The position numbers were made by a program, and so were the translations under genes. The notes beneath the pieces were generated by a model that saw only the letters and a list, made by a program, of their open reading frames with translations, was not told where the DNA came from and searched no databases. Shown here piece by piece: positions 58,173 to 64,000 of a DNA stretch of 64,000 nt. Position 1 is the stretch's first letter. Every line of letters begins with the position of its first letter. Source of the DNA: the human T2T-CHM13v2.0 reference genome, Homo sapiens; the NCBI RefSeq assembly GCF_009914755.1, contig NC_060929.1, one strand, 5' to 3'.

Positions 58173-58360
58173 TATAAACCTTGTTCACTATGCAAATTGT
58201 TGATTTTGGTACTTAGTCCCTTGTCACAGATGCCCTTTTATTAGCTATATGTCACGGCATGTTGAATTGGATTCAACATGAGTGAGACTATAACTAGTAG
58301 GACAGACATGATTGTTTGTTTCATACAGTTTGCAATTTGCATTTAGTACTAAGGTGTATA
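58173..58360. repeat. Imperfect long inverted repeat (nested palindrome)
   Basis: CATGTTGAAT-TGG-ATTCAACATG core plus outer arms ATGCAAATTG (58190-58199) / CAATTTGCAT (58333-58342) sharing nearly the same axis. Confidence 0.75.
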
Positions 58361-59718
58361 CAGAGTTTAATTAAAATATATTGATGAAACTATTGTTCAA
58401 AGTAGGGTCCATGATATGCAGCAACGTGAACGCAGTTTTGGTGACATTCCTGACCAGTTTTAGACTGGTTTTGACAAATCTCTATTAATAGGGATAATTA
58501 ACTGCTGATGTTTCCAAAAGATTTTAAAAACTCTTTGGCTTTAAAAATTTGTAAATTTAGAACAAGAAAAAAGCTAATATAGTGTATTAAAAGTTCTGCA
58601 TTTTGATCTTGGAAACAGGCTTTGAAATGACATTTTTCTCCATATGATGAATTTGTGCCATTTTCTTCAGTAAAAGCTATTTTCCTGCACAAATGGATGC
58701 ATTTTATCCTGGATTCCATTCATGCTTATTTTTTTAAAATGTTTATCTCTTTGTAGAAATGCACTCTAATAAGGATCCAGTCTTCCAAGCTTCAATAGGA
58801 GCAAAAAAATTAGATTTTATGTTAAATTTAAAGGTTTTTCCTGTAAGTATTTTTCCTGATAAAAGGTTACACTGTATCAAAAGAGAACTACATACAATTG
58901 GTAAAATCTTAAAAACTGGAGACATATGGTGACAGACTCAATGTTTCTTTTTGTACTTTCAGTGACAGGTGAGCCTGAAGTAGGGGGAGCAAAAGTTCCA
59001 TGTCCCGAGTCTTCCCTATTGTACGCTATTCTCCATTCAGAGTTCATTCCCAGGTTGCCTCCAGATACTCAGACTTTCTTAGCCAATAAAGCCCATCCCT
59101 AGGCTCCTAGGGAAGAATCAGATGAACAGTTCTATCCTGCAGGAATAATTTTTGAGATTCAAAGTGTTTTGTTACACTTCTCTTCCATTTTGTACAGATT
59201 GGAGTCATCATTTCCAAATGGGGAAGAAATACCCTTTAGTGTTGAAACAGCAGACATTTGTGTCTCATGAGACTGTCCCAAACTCATAATAGACATCAAT
59301 GAGTAATCATAAAAGCCCTGCTAACCTAGTACTCAGTGTACCTGTTGCTCTCATTACCCGGTGATAAAATGAAGACTCTTTGCTTTCCTTGCTCTGGCAT
59401 CTGCAATACCTACCATGAATCTAAAATGGAAGTGGCTATTTGAGCTCCACAGGAGTAAATCCATTGTACTGGCCTACAAGTTAAGAAGAGGAACATAGGC
59501 AGATGTTGTGGTAACTTTGCTATTTAGTTAGATTGAATAAAACACATACCAAATAGTGTTCAAATCCAACAATCCCTTTTGCTTACACAGCTTCCTTGGA
59601 CTCAACTCCACCTTTTGTGAATCTCTATATTGTGGTATCTGTGACCTGAATACCTGTAGTTCCTATTGCTTTTTGAGTATCCCATTTGGCTGTTCCTTCC
59701 ATTTATTAAAAAATGATC

Positions 59719-60008
59719 GGCCTGGCGCGGTGGCTCACGCCTGTAATCCCAGCACTTTGGGAGGCCGAGGCGGGCGGATCACGAGGTCAGGAGATCGAGA
59801 CCATCCTGGCTAACACGGTGAAACCCCGTCTCTACAAAAAATTAGCCGGGCGTAGTGGCGGGCGCCTGTAGTCCCAGCTGCTCGGGAGAATGGCATGAAC
59901 CCGGGAGGCGGAGCTTACAGTGAGCCGAGATTGCGCCACTGCACTCCAGCCTGGGCGACAGAGCCAGACTCCGTCTCAAAAAAAAAAAAAAAAAGAAAAA
60001 AGAAAAAA
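59719..60008 (+). mobile_element. AluY with two short internal deletions
   Basis: CpG-rich AluY diagnostics; TSD AAAAAATGATC (59708-59718) / AAGAAATGATC (60009-60019). Confidence 0.95.
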
Positions 60009-60160
60009 AAGAAATGATCAGCCTGGGCTGTATGACTAATTTTCCCTTCAGTTGTTAATCTCACTATTCTTTGTTGTCACAGATGCGCAACACCCTCTTC
60101 ACTTGTTCTAACATTGAGTTTTTTGTTCTTTTTTGTTGGTCATTGGTCATTGTCATTTGC

Positions 60161-60448
60161 TTTTCTTTTTTTTTTCTTTCATTCTTTTTCTCTTCTTTTC
60201 TTATTTTTAGAGACAAGGTCTCACTGTGTCACCCAAGCTGGAGTGCAGTAGCACGATCATGGCTCACTGCAGCCTTGACCTCCTGGGCTCAAGTGATCCT
60301 TCTACCTCAGCTTCCCAAGTAGCAGGAATTACAGGTGTGTGCCACCGTGGCCAGCTAATTTCTGTATTGACCTCCAGGACTCAAGTGATCAGCCCATCTT
60401 GGCCTCCCAAACTGCTGGGATTATAGGCATAAGCGACCGCAACCTGGC
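60161..60448 (-). mobile_element. AluJ with an internal deletion
   Basis: CACTGCAGCCTTGACCTCCTGGGCTCAAG; left-arm segment missing after TTTCTGTAT (~60368); T-rich tail. Confidence 0.9.
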
Positions 60449-63400
60449 TACCTTTTTTCCTTTTTGTTGAGCAAGTAAATCTGTATTCCATTACTTTGCT
60501 TATACATAGCTCTACCTACTCATCTGACTAGACTTGTCTGTATAATGACAAATATATATATTTTTTAAAGTTTCTCCACTAACTTTGTTTCCAGAATAAA
60601 GTTCACTGTCTCAGTCTTTCCTGCTGTGTCTATCTACTGTTGATCACTAGTCACTCTAACAACTTATGAAGCATTTAACTTTTGGCATGAAAAAAGCTGT
60701 GCTTTCGGTAAATTTTACACACGAAGTTATGTTTGTAAAGGTTTAGGTGTAAAATAAGTTTGGGGATGGACATTTCAGGAGAAATTGCAACCTTGCCACT
60801 GCCCCTGATATTGTAGGATTTAAGTTGCAGCCTCTGCTTCTGGGATCAGCTCTGGGCACAAGCAGGAAAAAGACAGCAGTGATAAATTTTTAGACAATAC
60901 AGCAAGCAATTTAACCTGATCCAACTCTTAACTAACTATTAAATCTTTACACCAAAATACTTATGGAGATAAAAATAATTAATAAAAAGTGATAAATCAG
61001 TTTGAATTCTTGAAACCTTTAGATTACATTATTTTGATTTTGTTTCTAGCATATATTCAACTAATTTGTAGATAATACCTTTAATTCATTTTAATTATAA
61101 AGTAGCACATGAAGACTTTTGAATATATTGTTAACAGATATATAGCTTCTAATCTAGGGAATATTTGAACGAGAATTGGGATAGAAGGAGAGATAGAAAA
61201 AATTCCTTCAGAGGTAGATGCCTGAGAGGAAGACACACATATTTGGTGCATAACTCATTTTATCTTTTGTGAAAGAATCTATGTAAGACAAGGAACTAAA
61301 ACTCAAGTGTGTCAGGGGGCCAGGCCTGTGATATAAAGGAGTGAAATCAGCTGGTTGTTGGCAAGAAGTAGAGACTGGAAAACTGGAAAGCACGTGGCCT
61401 GCTATTCAGATCCACCTATTTGTGGTCATCTTATGGTATTTCAAAAGAAGCCAGAAAGCCAGATTAGCATGTGAAATCATTCATTATTCAAATTTCATTC
61501 AAATGTTTGAAAACCTGATAGGCCCCTCCCCCCCACCAAATATCTGTAGTCTCCATCATAGCCTGTGGGCTGCCAGTTTATAATCTCAAATATAAGCTTT
61601 ATCAAACTTATTTCATATCTATTTGAACTATAATTCTCTGCTTCCAGTGAGGACTAGTCCATGTTAGTTTAGGTCCCTTTGAGGCTAGTATTTAATAAGG
61701 ACTCAAAATACATTTGTTGAAAATACGCTGAGAATTGCCTATTACAGTATAATCACACCTTCCTCTTTATACTCTTATAGTACATTGGGCTAATGTAGCT
61801 GATTAGTAAAATGGGGTTTTAGACATACCCATTCTATAAACCCTAGTGAAACTAGTATATTTTTGATTATTAAAAATAAGTAGAAATTAAATTTGCTGTT
61901 GCAGCATATTGGTGATTAGAAATTCTTAATTTAATGCCATTGATAATTTTTATTTTTAGCAATGTAAATGGTGATTAAATGTTCTAAGATCAGCAATTTT
62001 TACTTTATGTTTTCCTTCTTATACAAATAAATCAGTTTATGCATTTATTTTCCACCAAAGTTTGTTATTTGGTTTTGCAGAGTTGAGTAACACAGAGGAA
62101 TGCATGGTGTAGCACATGAAATCAAGATCTCTTAGAGCAATATTATGAAATCTGTTTTAGGGCCTGTAGTGCTCCCCAAGGCCATAGATTCTTGTGTTCG
62201 ATCATTTCCTTGAATTGTTTTCAATTTGTTTGAATGAAGTGTTCAAATTTGTACTTATTATCAATAACTTATTTAGATATTTGAGTGTGATGTGTTATAA
62301 AATTATTTTTTGGTTGCTGTTTATTTTTTGGTTTGAAGGGAGACAGTTTGTGTAATCCTTATCTGTGTTAAATTTGCTGTGAAAGAATAAATCAGAGGGA
62401 ATTATTTAATTATCAGGTTTTTAATTTGTATTTTTAGTGCACTATTTTAACGTCTGTATGAATCTCCTTTGTCCTCTTTTCATAGGTCTGCCCATGAAGT
62501 GGGCTGGCATCATTCTCCAGGGATTCATCAGGTACCACAAACACATATGTATCACCTGTAAAAACATTTATTGGTGCAAGCAAAACCTTCCAGCAATCTC
62601 AAACAGATCTTTAAGGGCTGCTTTTTTTTGTTTTTTTTGTTTTTTTTTTTTTTTAAACTTTAAGGGTTTTAAGTACCTGTTCCTGATGTGGAATATCTTG
62701 TTGCATCTTCTCTGAAGCTAGATAGAGGCTGAATCTCGACTCCAGGAGCTCACTGACTGTTTAGGGAGTTCACTGTCATAGAGGCAACACTTGAGAAATA
62801 GTTACGTCTTCCCACGTGAGCTATGCTGCTTTGGCAGTGTATGGATTATGTATGGAGGGTACTACTCCAACTAAACTATTGAATTCTATTATCACCTTTG
62901 CTATAAAGCCATATTTTATGGTGGAGGCAGTCAATAGCCATAACCACCACTTGATACTACCTCTTCTGTAGGCTGTTCTATCAGCCAATGGTATTACTTT
63001 ATACATATCATGAGATTTTGTTCAGTGTGTGCAAGCTGTGGTAAGACAACTTTAGTGATGCATTAACCAAAGGTAAGACATTTCAGTGAAACAAGGATTG
63101 ATACCCATGGCCAAAGTTTGTGTGACTATGGGGAATGTGTTGCCTACAGGAGGTTTTCGTGCTTCAGGTTGGAATTGGAGTCAGTGAATGAGAGTAGAAG
63201 AAAATGAGAATAAGACATGGAGGATAAGTTATCAATCTACCAATGTTAAAGTCTAAAAGCCTGATAACTTAAAAGTCTTAGTCTGATATCAGAAAGGTTT
63301 ATATCTATGTGTTTCTGTAAAACTTGAACAGAAGTTTGGGGGTAGATATTTATTAGGGAACGATTTTTACATTGGATCAAAACATGTAAGATAGGTAACA

Positions 63401-63536
63401 GTAATTTCTTCTGCTTCAATGACTGTAATAACAAGACATATTAGCCAGAAAAAAAATAGAATGTATTAAAAAAATAGAGTTGAGTGATATTTATGAAAAA
63501 ATGTATCTTGGATTAAGGAGTATGTCTATGAAGGTG

Positions 63537-64000
63537 GTGGGGCTCAGAACATGATACCCCAAAGTACGTTGTCTTGGCATGCTGAGTACTTTGAACTAAA
63601 GGAGATTAGAAGGCCTCAGAAGCAAGTTCTCTTGGCCTTCTCCTGCCTTCTTGTCTCCTGTCTCTCTTTTCCATCAGAAGAGAGTCATGGAAACCAGAAT
63701 TCCTCTTCCCCTAGGGGGATCATAGAAATTAGAAGTCTTTTTCCCCAAAGCAATCCATAAAACCTAGAAAGGTCACTTCCTCCCTTCTTTCTTCTCCCTT
63801 GAAGATCCTTGTTCCAGAGGGACCCTGCTCCATACCATATGTGGGGGGAAGGAATGCTACACAGAGAGGCCAAGAAGAACATGAATAGCCAGGCTTTGCC
63901 TGGTTCCCCCCTCAGTCTATTACCATTCGATTATTTCCTTTTGTCTAATCACATTTCTACATGACTATCCATTTGTCATTGAACCTAAGCATAACAAAGG
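63537..64000 (+). mobile_element. MER34/MER39-like ERV1 LTR running off the window edge
   Basis: GGGGCTCAGAACATGATACCCCAAAGTA...TTGGCATGCTGAGTACTTTGAACTAAAGG start is typical of this group (from recall). Confidence 0.7.

Overview
AT-rich, repeat-dense primate (human/ape-like) DNA that looks intergenic or deep-intronic. I find no intact cellular protein-coding gene, tRNA or rRNA. Every long ORF in the track is a piece of a dead LINE-1; the rest are repeat- or microsatellite-derived noise. Main contents: (i) an old L1M/L1MB element (~1.6-9.2 kb) carrying a complete two-LTR THE1 element and a short, young antisense L1PA2/3 insertion; (ii) a full-length but disabled L1PA4-like element (11606-17739) with a 13-bp TSD; (iii) nine Alu/FLAM copies, several MaLR/ERV LTRs, Tigger3-, MER3-, MER5- and Charlie-like DNA transposon fossils, and MIR and L2 fragments. 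I see no convincing novel multi-gene system. The best leads are a ~190-bp nested palindrome with paired octamer motifs (58173-58360), a ~1.7-kb block of older DNA apparently retro-copied into an MLT1 LTR (31682-33394), and several templated or fold-back repair scars inside the L1s. Repeat subfamily names come from my recall of consensus sequences and need Dfam/RepeatMasker confirmation.
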